From Faecalibacterium prausnitzii (GTDB lineage Bacteria > Actinomycetota > Coriobacteriia > Coriobacteriales > Coriobacteriaceae): 64,000 nt of DNA. The stretch covers positions 1,860-65,859 of the forward strand of contig CAVCLY010000001.1 in NCBI GenBank assembly GCA_963603165.1, given 5' to 3'. How positions within the stretch are numbered: position 1 is the stretch's first letter; each line of letters begins with the position of its first letter. This document shows positions 49,166-58,651 of this stretch, piece by piece. A program made the position numbers and the translations under genes. The notes below the pieces were generated by a model. That model had not been told where the DNA came from, did no database searches, and worked only from the letters and a program-made list of their open reading frames with translations.

Positions 49166-50899
49166 ATGAAGGTGCTCGCTCGCTTTCTCAAACCGTACAA
49201 GGTGCTCGTTGCCGTTACGCTCGCGGTGATGCTCATCGATTGCACGGGCACGCTGCTCGTGCCCACCATGCTCGCCAACATGGTGAACGAGGGTATCTCG
49301 GCCGGCAACATGGACAAGATCCTGCAGAACGGTGTGTTCATGTTCGCGGCCACGGCCATGGCCTCGGGCGGCGCGGTGCTCGGCTGCTACCTGGCGTCGC
49401 GTCTGGCCTCGCTCGTGTCGCGCGACCTGCGTTGCGCCATCTACGACAAGTCGCTCGAGCTCGCGGCCAGCGATTTTGAGGAGTTCGGCACGGGCTCGAT
49501 GATCACGCGCTCGCTCGGTGACGTCAACGTGGTGCAGCAATCGATCATCATGACCTGCCAGATGGTGCTTCCGGTGCCGTTTCTTGCCGTGGTGGGCATT
49601 GCGCTCGCGTTCAGAATCGATGCCAGCATGGGCGCCACGCTCCTTGTGGTGGTGGCGATCGTGCTCGTGCTCGCCGTGCTCACCATTCGCAAAGCCGCGC
49701 CGATCTTCATTCGTCTGCAGGGCTTTATCGACCGCATGAACGTGGTGCTGCGCGAGAGCATCATCGGCGTGCGCGTGGTGCGCGCGTTCAACAAGGAACG
49801 CCACGAGGAGGAGCGGCTCGACGCGGTGTTCTCGGAATACGCGGAGTCGGCCATTAAGGTCAACTATCTTTTTGCCGGACTCGACTGCTCGAGTTTCTTT
49901 ATCGTCAACGCCACGGAGGCGCTGATCCTCTGGCTCGGCGGCGACCGCGTGGGCGCCTATGCCATGAACATCGCGAGCATCTCGGCGGTGCTCGAGTACG
50001 CCATGATCATCCTCTTCTTTATCATGATGGCGCAGATGGTGATCCTCACCCTGCCGCGTGCGCGCGCCTGCCTTGAGCGTGCCGAGGAGGTGCTCTCGGT
50101 TGAGCCGACGATCCTCGATGGCTCCGGGCGCGTCGATGCGGCCTTGAGCGCGACGGAACCCGTGGCCGAGTTCGACCACGCGACGTTCCGCTTTGGCGAT
50201 GCGAGCGAAGATACCCTGCGCGACCTGTGCTTTACCTGCGAGCGCGGCAAGACCACGGCGATCATCGGCTCCACGGGGTCGGGCAAATCGACCGTGACCA
50301 AGCTCCTGCTACGCCTCCACGACGTCACGGCGGGGCAGCTCCGGTTTTGCGGCGCCGACGTGCGCGATCTTATACAGGCCGAGCTGCGTGGGCGCATTGC
50401 CTACGTGCCGCAGAAGGCGTGGCTCTTCTCGGGAACGGTGGCGAGCAACCTGCGCTACGGCAATGAGGATGCGAGCACGGAGGAGATGCTCCATGCGCTC
50501 GAGGTGGCGCAGAGCAGCTTCGTGCTCGATCTGCCCGACGGGCTTGAGTCGCACGTGGCGCAGGGTGGCACGAACTTCTCGGGCGGGCAGCGCCAGCGCC
50601 TGGCGATCGCCCGCGCGCTCATGAAGAAGGCCGATCTCTACATCTTCGACGACAGCTTTTCGGCACTCGACTTTAAGACCGATGCGGCTCTGCGCGCTGC
50701 CTTGGCCGACGAGACGCGCGAGGCGGCGACGCTCATCATCGCGCAACGCGTGTCGACGATCCTGCATGCCGATTGCATCGTGGTACTCAAGGACGGCCAG
50801 GTTGTGGGCAAGGGCACGCATGAGGAGCTCATGGAAGGCTGCGAGGCGTACCGCGCCATCGCTGAGTCGCAGATGAAGGGAGGTGCTGACCATGAGTAG
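49166..50899 (+). CDS. Heterodimeric multidrug ABC exporter subunit 1 (degenerate site)
   Basis: TM domain, GSTGSGKS, FSGGQRQR, IFDDSFSALD, IAQR. Confidence 0.95.
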   Translation: MKVLARFLKPYKVLVAVTLAVMLIDCTGTLLVPTMLANMVNEGISAGNMDKILQNGVFMFAATAMASGGAVLGCYLASRLASLVSRDLRCAIYDKSLELAASDFEEFGTGSMITRSLGDVNVVQQSIIMTCQMVLPVPFLAVVGIALAFRIDASMGATLLVVVAIVLVLAVLTIRKAAPIFIRLQGFIDRMNVVLRESIIGVRVVRAFNKERHEEERLDAVFSEYAESAIKVNYLFAGLDCSSFFIVNATEALILWLGGDRVGAYAMNIASISAVLEYAMIILFFIMMAQMVILTLPRARACLERAEEVLSVEPTILDGSGRVDAALSATEPVAEFDHATFRFGDASEDTLRDLCFTCERGKTTAIIGSTGSGKSTVTKLLLRLHDVTAGQLRFCGADVRDLIQAELRGRIAYVPQKAWLFSGTVASNLRYGNEDASTEEMLHALEVAQSSFVLDLPDGLESHVAQGGTNFSGGQRQRLAIARALMKKADLYIFDDSFSALDFKTDAALRAALADETREAATLIIAQRVSTILHADCIVVLKDGQVVGKGTHEELMEGCEAYRAIAESQMKGGADHE

Positions 50900-52871
50900 G
50901 GAAGAGCTCGAGAACAAGGCGGCGGTCGATGCGGCTGACGCCGCGGCGACGCTTGGGGCGGCTGCTGCGGCTGCGGAGACGCCGCGGGCGCGTACGGCCG
51001 AGGAGATCTTTGCCGAGAACGAGCGCATGGCCGACGAGGCGGAGCGCCGTCGCCGCGAGCGCCTGCGCGACGATGAGGAAGACGAGCTCGAGGTTCCGCG
51101 CGACGCATGGGGCACGGTCAAGCGCCTCTGGAGCGTGGCTGCCGACCAGCACTGGCGCTTTGCCGTGGTGCTCGTGTGCGTGTCGCTCTACACGGTGTTC
51201 AGTCTGGCCGCCCCGGCCTACAGCGCGCACATCATCGACCTGCTCTGGCAAAAGATCCAGGCGGCGCATGCCGAGGGCCGCACGTTTGCGGTCACATGGA
51301 ACGACTGCGGGCGCGAGATCTTTATCTACCTGCTGATCTGGACTTTTGCCGCCGTTGTCTACACGGGACAGAGCTTTGTGATGGCGAGCTTTGCCGAGCG
51401 CCTCAACCTGATCCTGCGCAATCTCGTGGGCGCCAAGCTCAATCGCCTACCGCTGAGCTTCTTCGACGGGCACAAGCCCGGCGAGACGGTGAGCCGCGTG
51501 ACCAACGACCTCGACAAGATGTCCGAATCGCTTCAGCGCGGACTGCTCACCCTGCTCATCGCCATCGGCGGCGTGACGGGTTCGATCATCATGATGCTCC
51601 GCTTTAGCCCGCTGCTCACGGCGATCTTCGCGGCGTTCTCCGCGCTCGCGCTCGTGCTCACCAAGGTTGTGGCCGCACGCACGCTCGCGGTTTCGGCCGA
51701 GCGCCAGCGCTACGTGGGCAAGCTCACGGGAGCGGTCGAGGAGGCTTACAGCGGACGCATCGTGGTGCGCACGTTCAACCGCGAGCAGCAGAGCTCCGCG
51801 CGGGTGGGCGAGCTTTCGGATGAGCTGGCGCGCGTGAGCGCCCGGGCCGACTTTCTCACCAACGCGGTGAACCCGGCCATCCGGTTTGTGAGTCGCCTTT
51901 CGCAGATCGTGATCGCTGTCGTCGGCTGCGGCATGCTCGTGGATGGGCAGATGACCGTCGGTGTGTTTCAGGCGTTCTTTCAGTACATCTACGAGTCGTC
52001 GGAGCCGCTCACGCAGATGGGATACACCATCAACTCGCTGCAGAGCGCGCTTGCGAGCGTTGAGCGCGTGTTTGACCTGCTCGACGAGCCCGAGATCGAG
52101 GCCGACCCGGCACCCGAGATGGCGGCGCATGTGGCCACGCCGATTCGCGGCCGCGTTGAGTTCGAGCATGTGAGCTTTGGCTATACGCCCGACAAGCCGC
52201 TCATGCGCGATGTGTCGTTTGCGGCCGAGCCGGGGCAGAAGATCGCCATCGTGGGCACCACGGGCGCGGGCAAGACCACGCTCATCAACCTGCTCATGCG
52301 GTTTTACGAGATCGACGGCGGGCGCATCACGCTCGACGGCGTGAACACGCGCGAGATGGATCGCGGCGAGCTCAGGCGGAATTTTGGCATGGTGCTGCAA
52401 GACGCGTGGCTTTTTGATGGCACGATCGCCGAGAACATCGCCTATGGCTGTGAGGGCGCTACGCGCGACGAGGTGGAGGCCGCGGCCCGCGCCGCGCAGG
52501 TCGACTACTTTGTGCGCACGCTCCCGCAGGGCTACGACACGCGCGTTGCCAACGATGCCGAGAACATCAGCCAGGGCCAGCGCCAGCTGCTCACGATCGC
52601 GCGCGTGCTGCTCAACAATCCGGGGATCCTCATTTTGGACGAGGCCACCTCGAGTGTGGACACGCGCACCGAGCAGGCGATCGGCCGGGCGATGGAGGCG
52701 CTCATGCGCGGGCGCACGAGTTTTGTGATCGCGCACCGGCTCTCGACTATCGTCGACGCCGACCTGATCTTGGTCATGCGCGCCGGCAATATCATCGAGC
52801 AGGGCACGCACGACGAGCTGCTCCATGCCGAGGGCGCGTACGCCGCCCTCTACAACTCGCAGTTCGCTTAA
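50892..52871 (+). CDS. Heterodimeric multidrug ABC exporter subunit 2
   Basis: TM domain, GTTGAGKT, ISQGQRQ, LDEATSSVD, IAHRLST. Confidence 0.95.
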   Translation: MSREELENKAAVDAADAAATLGAAAAAAETPRARTAEEIFAENERMADEAERRRRERLRDDEEDELEVPRDAWGTVKRLWSVAADQHWRFAVVLVCVSLYTVFSLAAPAYSAHIIDLLWQKIQAAHAEGRTFAVTWNDCGREIFIYLLIWTFAAVVYTGQSFVMASFAERLNLILRNLVGAKLNRLPLSFFDGHKPGETVSRVTNDLDKMSESLQRGLLTLLIAIGGVTGSIIMMLRFSPLLTAIFAAFSALALVLTKVVAARTLAVSAERQRYVGKLTGAVEEAYSGRIVVRTFNREQQSSARVGELSDELARVSARADFLTNAVNPAIRFVSRLSQIVIAVVGCGMLVDGQMTVGVFQAFFQYIYESSEPLTQMGYTINSLQSALASVERVFDLLDEPEIEADPAPEMAAHVATPIRGRVEFEHVSFGYTPDKPLMRDVSFAAEPGQKIAIVGTTGAGKTTLINLLMRFYEIDGGRITLDGVNTREMDRGELRRNFGMVLQDAWLFDGTIAENIAYGCEGATRDEVEAAARAAQVDYFVRTLPQGYDTRVANDAENISQGQRQLLTIARVLLNNPGILILDEATSSVDTRTEQAIGRAMEALMRGRTSFVIAHRLSTIVDADLILVMRAGNIIEQGTHDELLHAEGAYAALYNSQFA

Positions 52872-52915
52872 AGGGCTGTTTGCCGCGAGGGGGCGCGTGG
52901 CCTCGAGCGCAAGGC

Positions 52916-52958
52916 AAAAGGCGGGCGGAACGACGTTGGGTGTCGTCCCGCCCGCCTT
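52916..52958. terminator. Terminator between convergent ABC and MFS genes
   Basis: AAAAGGCGGGCGG...CCCGCCCGCCTT. Confidence 0.75.
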
Positions 52959-52986
52959 ACTGTTGCGGCTGGTATGTGCCGGCTGG

Positions 52987-54408
52987 CTACTTTCTGCGCT
53001 GGCCGCGGGTCTCAAGGTGGGCGCAGGCGATCGAGCAGCAGACGGCGATGGCGAGCACGATGAACGCGTTTTGCGTGCCGGTGACGGTCGCGGTGCTCAT
53101 GTTCGCCGCGCCCGTCTGCGCCGCGTTGACGATGGCGGCGGCCACGCTCGTGCCGACAGCGCCCGCGAGCTGCTGCAGCGTGGTGAACATGGCGTTGCCG
53201 TCGGCCTTGATGTCGGCCGGCAAAAAGCTGAGCGACGAGGTCATGTTGGTGCCGTACATCATGCCCTGGCCAAAGGCGAAGAGCACGTAGATGCCGGTGG
53301 CCGCAAGCGTGGTAAGGCCGTGCGCGAGCACGCCGAGCGCGACGACGGCGACAAGCGCGCAGGCAAGGCCCGTGAGGATGGGCGTGCGCGCGCCGAGGCG
53401 GTCGTAGATGCGCCCCGAGATGGGCGACATGACGGCGCCGACCGCGCAGCCAAAGAGGAGGACCGAGCCGGCCTCGGCCTGGCCGGCGCCGAGCGCGAGC
53501 TGCGCGTAGTTGGGCAGCAGGAACGAGAGGCCGAGCACGGTGAACTGCATGCAGACGATGGTGCCGAGGCCGAGTACGTAGCGGTGCTCGCTAAAGATCT
53601 GCAGATGGATCAGCGGGTATGCGCAGGTACGCTCGCGGCGGACGAAGAGCGCAAGCAGAACGATGAACGCAGCGAAGAGGCCGATGATGAGCGGGCTCGT
53701 CCAGCCCATGTTGGCGCCCTCATCGATGGCAAACACCAGGCAGGCAAAACTCGCGGCGAGCGCGACCCAACCGGGGATGTCGAGTTTGTCGGTCGTGGTC
53801 TCGTGGCTCTGGCGGATCGAGAACATGCCGAGAACGAACGCGATAACGAGCAGCGGGAGCAGCGCCGCAAAGATCGCGCGCCAGCTAAAGGTCTCCGAGA
53901 GCCAGCCGCCCACGGAGGGGCCCACGGCCGGGGCGACAGCGGTGACGAGCGAACCGACGCCCATCATAAAGCCGAGGTTCTTCTGCGGCGCCTGTTCGGT
54001 GATGATGTTGAACATGAGCGGCAGGGCCACGCCGGTGCCGATGCCCTCGAGCACGCGGCCAACGAGCAGCATGGGGAACACCTGCGCCGTCATGCCGCAG
54101 ACGATGCCCGCGATGTAGAACACCATGGCAAAGCAAAACACGTGCTTGGTCTTAAAGCGGCGGTTGAGGTATCCCGAGGTGGGGATCACGGCGGCAAGAA
54201 CGAGCAGGTAGGCAGTGGTGAGCCATTGCACGGTGGCGGTGTTCACGCCGAACTCGCTCATGAGCGTTGGGAACGTGACGTTCATGGCCGTCTCGACGCA
54301 CACGCCCGAGAACGACATGATGCCGGTGGCCACGATCGACATGATGAGCTTGGCGTCGAGCACGCGTTCGAACGTGAACGGGCGCTCGGCTGAATGGGTG
54401 CTATTCAT
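52987..54408 (-). CDS. DHA2/LmrB-like MFS efflux transporter
   Basis: ETAMNVTFPTLM, VQWLTTAYLL, GRVLEGIG, APAVGPSVGG, about 14 TM; AAGGAG RBS. Confidence 0.92.
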   Translation of the reverse strand: MNSTHSAERPFTFERVLDAKLIMSIVATGIMSFSGVCVETAMNVTFPTLMSEFGVNTATVQWLTTAYLLVLAAVIPTSGYLNRRFKTKHVFCFAMVFYIAGIVCGMTAQVFPMLLVGRVLEGIGTGVALPLMFNIITEQAPQKNLGFMMGVGSLVTAVAPAVGPSVGGWLSETFSWRAIFAALLPLLVIAFVLGMFSIRQSHETTTDKLDIPGWVALAASFACLVFAIDEGANMGWTSPLIIGLFAAFIVLLALFVRRERTCAYPLIHLQIFSEHRYVLGLGTIVCMQFTVLGLSFLLPNYAQLALGAGQAEAGSVLLFGCAVGAVMSPISGRIYDRLGARTPILTGLACALVAVVALGVLAHGLTTLAATGIYVLFAFGQGMMYGTNMTSSLSFLPADIKADGNAMFTTLQQLAGAVGTSVAAAIVNAAQTGAANMSTATVTGTQNAFIVLAIAVCCSIACAHLETRGQRRK

Positions 54409-54665
54409 ATAGCGGTTTCTCCTTTTGTGGAAAACGGGACCCGCATGGGGCTGCGGCGAAGATGTCTCGCGATTCGCCTTCGAGGATTGTAGGGTGAATT
54501 TCCGAATTGTTTCGGCAGACGGCAAAGATGTTACTTTTCTACATCTGTGGATTAACTAGGGGTTATTTGGCCGTGTCGCGGGCGGCTGAGAGCGCGGGCG
54601 GGCGATGCGGCGTCGCTGAAACGTTGTCGAGACGACCTCTCGGGGCCCTTTGACGATGCTTTTTT

Positions 54666-54789
54666 CGATAGTGAGTAGCAGTATTCGTCTTGCCCGAGTA
54701 GTGAGGGTATTGTCGGACAAATTGCCTGCGGATTTGATTTGCCGAGAAGGGGCCTACTCGGCAAAAGCCGATACCGCTACTCACTATCG
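54666..54789. repeat. 124-bp long-hairpin intergenic element
   Basis: CGATAGTGAGTAGC pairs with GCTACTCACTATCG; inner TTGCCCGAGTAG pairs with CTACTCGGCAA. Confidence 0.75.
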
Positions 54790-54828
54790 TGTTATTGGTT
54801 ATGGAAGGGCGAGTTTAGCGCGCCGAGC

Positions 54829-55542
54829 CTAGTTGCCCGAGACGTGCTCGGTGAGTTGATGAACGAGGGAACGCAGCTCAGCGACTTCGGTTTCGAGCTC
54901 GTGCACGCGCCGTGCGTTCTCGTCGATGCAGGCGCGGTTGCGCGCCGATTGCTCGGCGGCGTCGTCGGGCATGTATTCGCGATGGCACTTGGCGTCGAAC
55001 GTCTCTTCGACCACGCGGCAGCCGTTGCGCTTGATGATGCGCCCGGGTACGCCAACCACGGTGCAGTTGGCCGGTACGTCCTTGACGACCACGGAGTTGC
55101 CGCCGATTTTGACGTTGTCGCCGATCGTGATGTTGCCGAGCACCTTGGCACCCGTGCCCACAGTCACGTTGTTGCCGAGGGTGGGATGGCGCTTGCCGGT
55201 TTCGTTGCCGGTGCCGCCGAGGGTTACGCCCTGGTAGAGTGTGCAGTTCTCGCCCACGATGGTGGTTTCGCCGATGACGACTCCCATGGCGTGGTCGATA
55301 AAGAAATGCTTGCCGATCTGCGCGGCCGGGTGGATCTCGACGCCGGTCATGTGGCGCGTGAGCTGCGAGAGCAGGCGCGCGAGGCTTTTGCAGCCGTGGT
55401 TCCAGAGCCAGTGCTCGGGCACGTGGTTCCATTTGGCATGGAGCCCGGGGTACGAGAGGAAGATGACAAGGCCGTTCTGAGCGGCGGGGTCCTCGCGCTT
55501 GACGTTGGCGATATCCTCGCGAATCGTGGTGATGAAGCTCAC
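54829..55542 (-). CDS. cysE: Serine O-acetyltransferase
   Basis: [40 protein letters not shown]...KRHPT, VGVPGR. Confidence 0.96.
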   Translation of the reverse strand: MSFITTIREDIANVKREDPAAQNGLVIFLSYPGLHAKWNHVPEHWLWNHGCKSLARLLSQLTRHMTGVEIHPAAQIGKHFFIDHAMGVVIGETTIVGENCTLYQGVTLGGTGNETGKRHPTLGNNVTVGTGAKVLGNITIGDNVKIGGNSVVVKDVPANCTVVGVPGRIIKRNGCRVVEETFDAKCHREYMPDDAAEQSARNRACIDENARRVHELETEVAELRSLVHQLTEHVSGN

Positions 55543-55750
55543 CGGCGGCCTCCCTCCAGCCTCGGCTCCGTATGCGTCGCATAAGTATAGCGAATCACTA
55601 GGATTAATGCGCGCGAGCCGGCTGGCGTGGCGTTTGCTGTAGCCGTGGCGGGCGTTTCAGCGCTTGCTCTCGTTGGTGCTAATCTGTTAATCGCATATAA
55701 GAAAAGCGACTATAGCCAAACAATTGGCTGACGTAGCAGGAGATTCGTAA

Positions 55751-55792
55751 GCGCAGTGAATCTGCAGTATACTTGCAGCAGATTCACTGCGC
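55751..55792. promoter_or_regulatory. Toxin-antitoxin operator: perfect 15-bp inverted repeat around the -10 box
   Basis: GCGCAGTGAATCTGC-AGTATACTTGCA-GCAGATTCACTGCGC. Confidence 0.8.
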
Positions 55793-55810
55793 CTTAATAA
55801 GGAGACCGAT

Positions 55811-56098
55811 ATGCCTGCCGTTGCCTCGCTTTCGGAATTCAATCGCAATCAGACGGCTGTGATTGAAAAGCTCGAAGAGACCCAGCAGCCGCTGTACCTT
55901 ACGCGCAACGGTCGCGCGAGCGTGGTCGTGATGGATGCCGCCGCGTTCGATCGCGCGATGTCCTATAGGGAAGAGGCTCGCCGCCGCGAGATTGAGGTTT
56001 GCCGAGGGCTCATGCGCGGCTATGAGGACGTCTTGGCGGGTAAGACGAGCGATGCCCGCAGCGCTCTCGCCGATATTCGTGAGAAAAAGGGTTGGTAG
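55811..56098 (+). CDS. Phd/YefM-family antitoxin
   Basis: SLSEFNRN..VIEKL....PLYLTRNGRASVVVMD; TAAGGAG RBS. Confidence 0.9.
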   Translation: MPAVASLSEFNRNQTAVIEKLEETQQPLYLTRNGRASVVVMDAAAFDRAMSYREEARRREIEVCRGLMRGYEDVLAGKTSDARSALADIREKKGW

Positions 56099-56101
56099 AC
56101 A

Positions 56102-56413
56102 ATGCCCTGGCAGGTTGAAATCACTGCCCATGCCCTCGAGTTCATCGATGAGAACGTGATACATCCGGCGGCACTCGCCTCCATTGAACATGCTGTCGAG
56201 ATGCTTTCCTCGTTTCCGCGCATGGGTGCGGTGTATGAGCCGGAATACATTGCCGCGCGCCCACCCTTTGCGTGCCGCTCCCTGCCGCTGCCCGATACGC
56301 CGTTTACGCTGTATTACTGCCTGCAAGAAGAGCGCGAGTCCGTGATCGTTTTTGATATCGAGTGGTCGGCTGGCGATCCGTGCAGGAGGTTTGAAGGCGT
56401 CGAGACCCTCTAG
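56102..56413 (+). CDS. RelE/ParE-family toxin
   Basis: WQVEITAHAL, LSSFPRMG, LYY, VIVFDI; 3 nt after the antitoxin. Confidence 0.8.
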   Translation: MPWQVEITAHALEFIDENVIHPAALASIEHAVEMLSSFPRMGAVYEPEYIAARPPFACRSLPLPDTPFTLYYCLQEERESVIVFDIEWSAGDPCRRFEGVETL

Positions 56414-56538
56414 CGCCCCGTCACTTGTGCGTTGTTGCTGCTAATGGCGTACGGACTCGGTGAAGACGCGGCCCTACCTGCCCGTCCCACGTATACTTCT
56501 GCCTCGGGTGTGTCCGCACCCACGACAGAGAGGTATCC

Positions 56539-57213
56539 ATGGGATTCATCAACGCCATCATCGAGCTGCTCAAAGACCCGCGCACGGCCATCGCCGCCTG
56601 GATCGCGGCGGGTCCGCTCACGGCCTACGGCTTTATCTTCTTGATCATCTTTATCGAGACCGGTGTGGTGTTCATGCCGTTTCTTCCTGGCGATTCGCTG
56701 CTCTTTGCGAGCGGCTGCTTTGCCGCCGACGGCAGCTTCAACATCTTCATGCTGCTCGGCGTGGCATGGTGCGCCGCGATCCTGGGCGACCAGTGCAACT
56801 TCATGATCGGTCACTTCTTTGGCCAGCGCATCATCGCATCGGGCAAGGTCAAGGCCATGACGCCGGAGCGCATCGAGAAGTCCGAGGCGTTCCTCGACAA
56901 GTGGGGCCATCTCGCCATCTTCCTCGGTCGCTTCTTTCCGTTCATTCGCACGTTCGTCCCGTTCCTCGCCGGCATGGGCGGCATGAAGTGGCATTCCTTC
57001 GTGCTCTTCAACGTCCTCGGTGGCGTTACGTGGTCCACGCTCTTTACGCTGCTCGGGTATTTTTTCGGCGGATTCCAGGTGGTTCAGGACCACTTTGAGC
57101 TGCTGATCGTGGGTATCGTGCTCGTCTCGGTGATCCCCACGGCCGTGGGCCTGCTCAAGGCCAAGTTCGGCAAAAAGAAGACCGACGACGGCGAGGGCGC
57201 GCACTTCGCGTAG
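56539..57213 (+). CDS. DedA/VTT-domain membrane protein
   Basis: IFIETG...PFLPGDSLLFASG, AILGD, GRFFPFIRTFVPFLAG. Confidence 0.95.
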   Translation: MGFINAIIELLKDPRTAIAAWIAAGPLTAYGFIFLIIFIETGVVFMPFLPGDSLLFASGCFAADGSFNIFMLLGVAWCAAILGDQCNFMIGHFFGQRIIASGKVKAMTPERIEKSEAFLDKWGHLAIFLGRFFPFIRTFVPFLAGMGGMKWHSFVLFNVLGGVTWSTLFTLLGYFFGGFQVVQDHFELLIVGIVLVSVIPTAVGLLKAKFGKKKTDDGEGAHFA

Positions 57214-57412
57214 GCGCGCAGGGGCACAAGGCCGCGTTAGCGCGTACTTCATCCTAATTAAACAGAGCGGCGCGTACGGATAATTCACGCGAGAAGCTCG
57301 AATCCGCTTGAGTGCCCGACGGGGCCTGCGCTCCCGCGTCTTATAAGGCTCTTGAGCTCGCGTTGAGCCAGCCATTTCTCTGCAGCTTTTAACAAGTGCT
57401 ACCGTTCGGCCA

Positions 57413-57431
57413 AATTCAGTTGGCAACTGAA
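57413..57431 (+). promoter_or_regulatory. 19-bp palindromic site, copy 1
   Basis: AATTCAGTTGGCAACTGAA; exact reverse complement at 63928-63946. Confidence 0.7.
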
Positions 57432-57497
57432 GAACTCAGCTACTGTGCTTTTCAGAATAAAAGGCGTACCCACGGCCGCTATTGAACGGACTGCGCC

Positions 57498-58217
57498 ATG
57501 AAAAAGAACTTGATTATCCCCGTATTGCTCATCGCTGCGCTCAGCATTACCGGTTGCAATAACGTGACTAACTCAAAATCGAGCGGATCTAATGCTGACA
57601 CCGGGCAGGCGGGAGCCCAGGCGGAAAAGACCGCGACTACCTCTGAAGAGCAGCTGAAGCTGATTCAGGATGATTTTTCTGAAACGATCAAATCGCTTCA
57701 GGAGAGTCTTGCGACAACAAAAGAGAAGGTGGGAAGCACCTACGATAGCTACAAGCAGAATAAAAGTGCCATTGCAGATTGGTATGCCGAGGCTGAGAAG
57801 CAGACTGAGGACCTGTTTAAGCGAACGAAAGAAAATGGTCGCACATATTACAAGCTTCTCGGTGAAGAGGCCCAGGCGAAGGATATGGACTACAGCGATG
57901 TAGATGACGCGATGACCGATTACTATCGTGCTGCCGATGACGACCTTCCGAACGACTTTTACCGAGCAATTTACGAAGATGCCTTCGGCGATCTGTACGA
58001 CACCTATTACGAAGGTATTATTTCCGACGCTTTTGACACTGCCGACTACAGTGAATGCTCAGACGAGAGCACTGAATTCTATCGCGACTATTCAGATGCG
58101 CTCACGAAGGTCTACCGTGCATATTCCGATGGAACTTCTGATATTTACCGCGATTATTCGGACGCAAGCTCAGCCTTCTATAAGAAGAACTACTCTCTCA
58201 AAAAGGTCTTTGACTAG
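57498..58217 (+). CDS. Hypothetical lipoprotein with Tyr/Asp-rich helical repeats
   Basis: MKKNLII..LSITGC lipobox; repeated YRxYSD-like units. Confidence 0.8.
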   Translation: MKKNLIIPVLLIAALSITGCNNVTNSKSSGSNADTGQAGAQAEKTATTSEEQLKLIQDDFSETIKSLQESLATTKEKVGSTYDSYKQNKSAIADWYAEAEKQTEDLFKRTKENGRTYYKLLGEEAQAKDMDYSDVDDAMTDYYRAADDDLPNDFYRAIYEDAFGDLYDTYYEGIISDAFDTADYSECSDESTEFYRDYSDALTKVYRAYSDGTSDIYRDYSDASSAFYKKNYSLKKVFD

Positions 58218-58258
58218 GTGATTTACCGTTGAGAAAGGTCTTTGCAGGGAGGGCTGAA

Positions 58259-58468
58259 ATGAAGTACAAAGTGATTTTTCATTACTCCAGCGGCGAAACC
58301 GAGGAAGAAGACGAGCTTTATGACACCAAGGAGGAGGCTCGTGAGGCTGGGGAATACGGCTGCCAATGCTATTACGATGGCGGAGAGATTCTTCACATGT
58401 CCAATCCCGGCGACTATCCAGAAACGTTCGATCCGTGCGATTACGAGATCGTTAAGGCTCGAGGCTAG
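58259..58468 (+). CDS. Small acidic hypothetical protein (69 aa)
   Basis: GGGAGGG RBS; plausible composition; no motif recognised. Confidence 0.6.
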   Translation: MKYKVIFHYSSGETEEEDELYDTKEEAREAGEYGCQCYYDGGEILHMSNPGDYPETFDPCDYEIVKARG

Positions 58469-58651
58469 GGACGGTGCCGAAAACGTTGGAGCTGTCGTCC
58501 ATTCTTTAGCGTAGGGCGGCATGCTTTGGGCCGGTTCAAGGTCGTGCGCTTGGACCGGTCCTTTCCTGTTGGCTCGATAGTAGCGGACGGCCTTTATGAA
58601 TGTTCCGCTACACAAATCGGAAGGTCCCAAACGCACTCCAAGGCAGACCGC

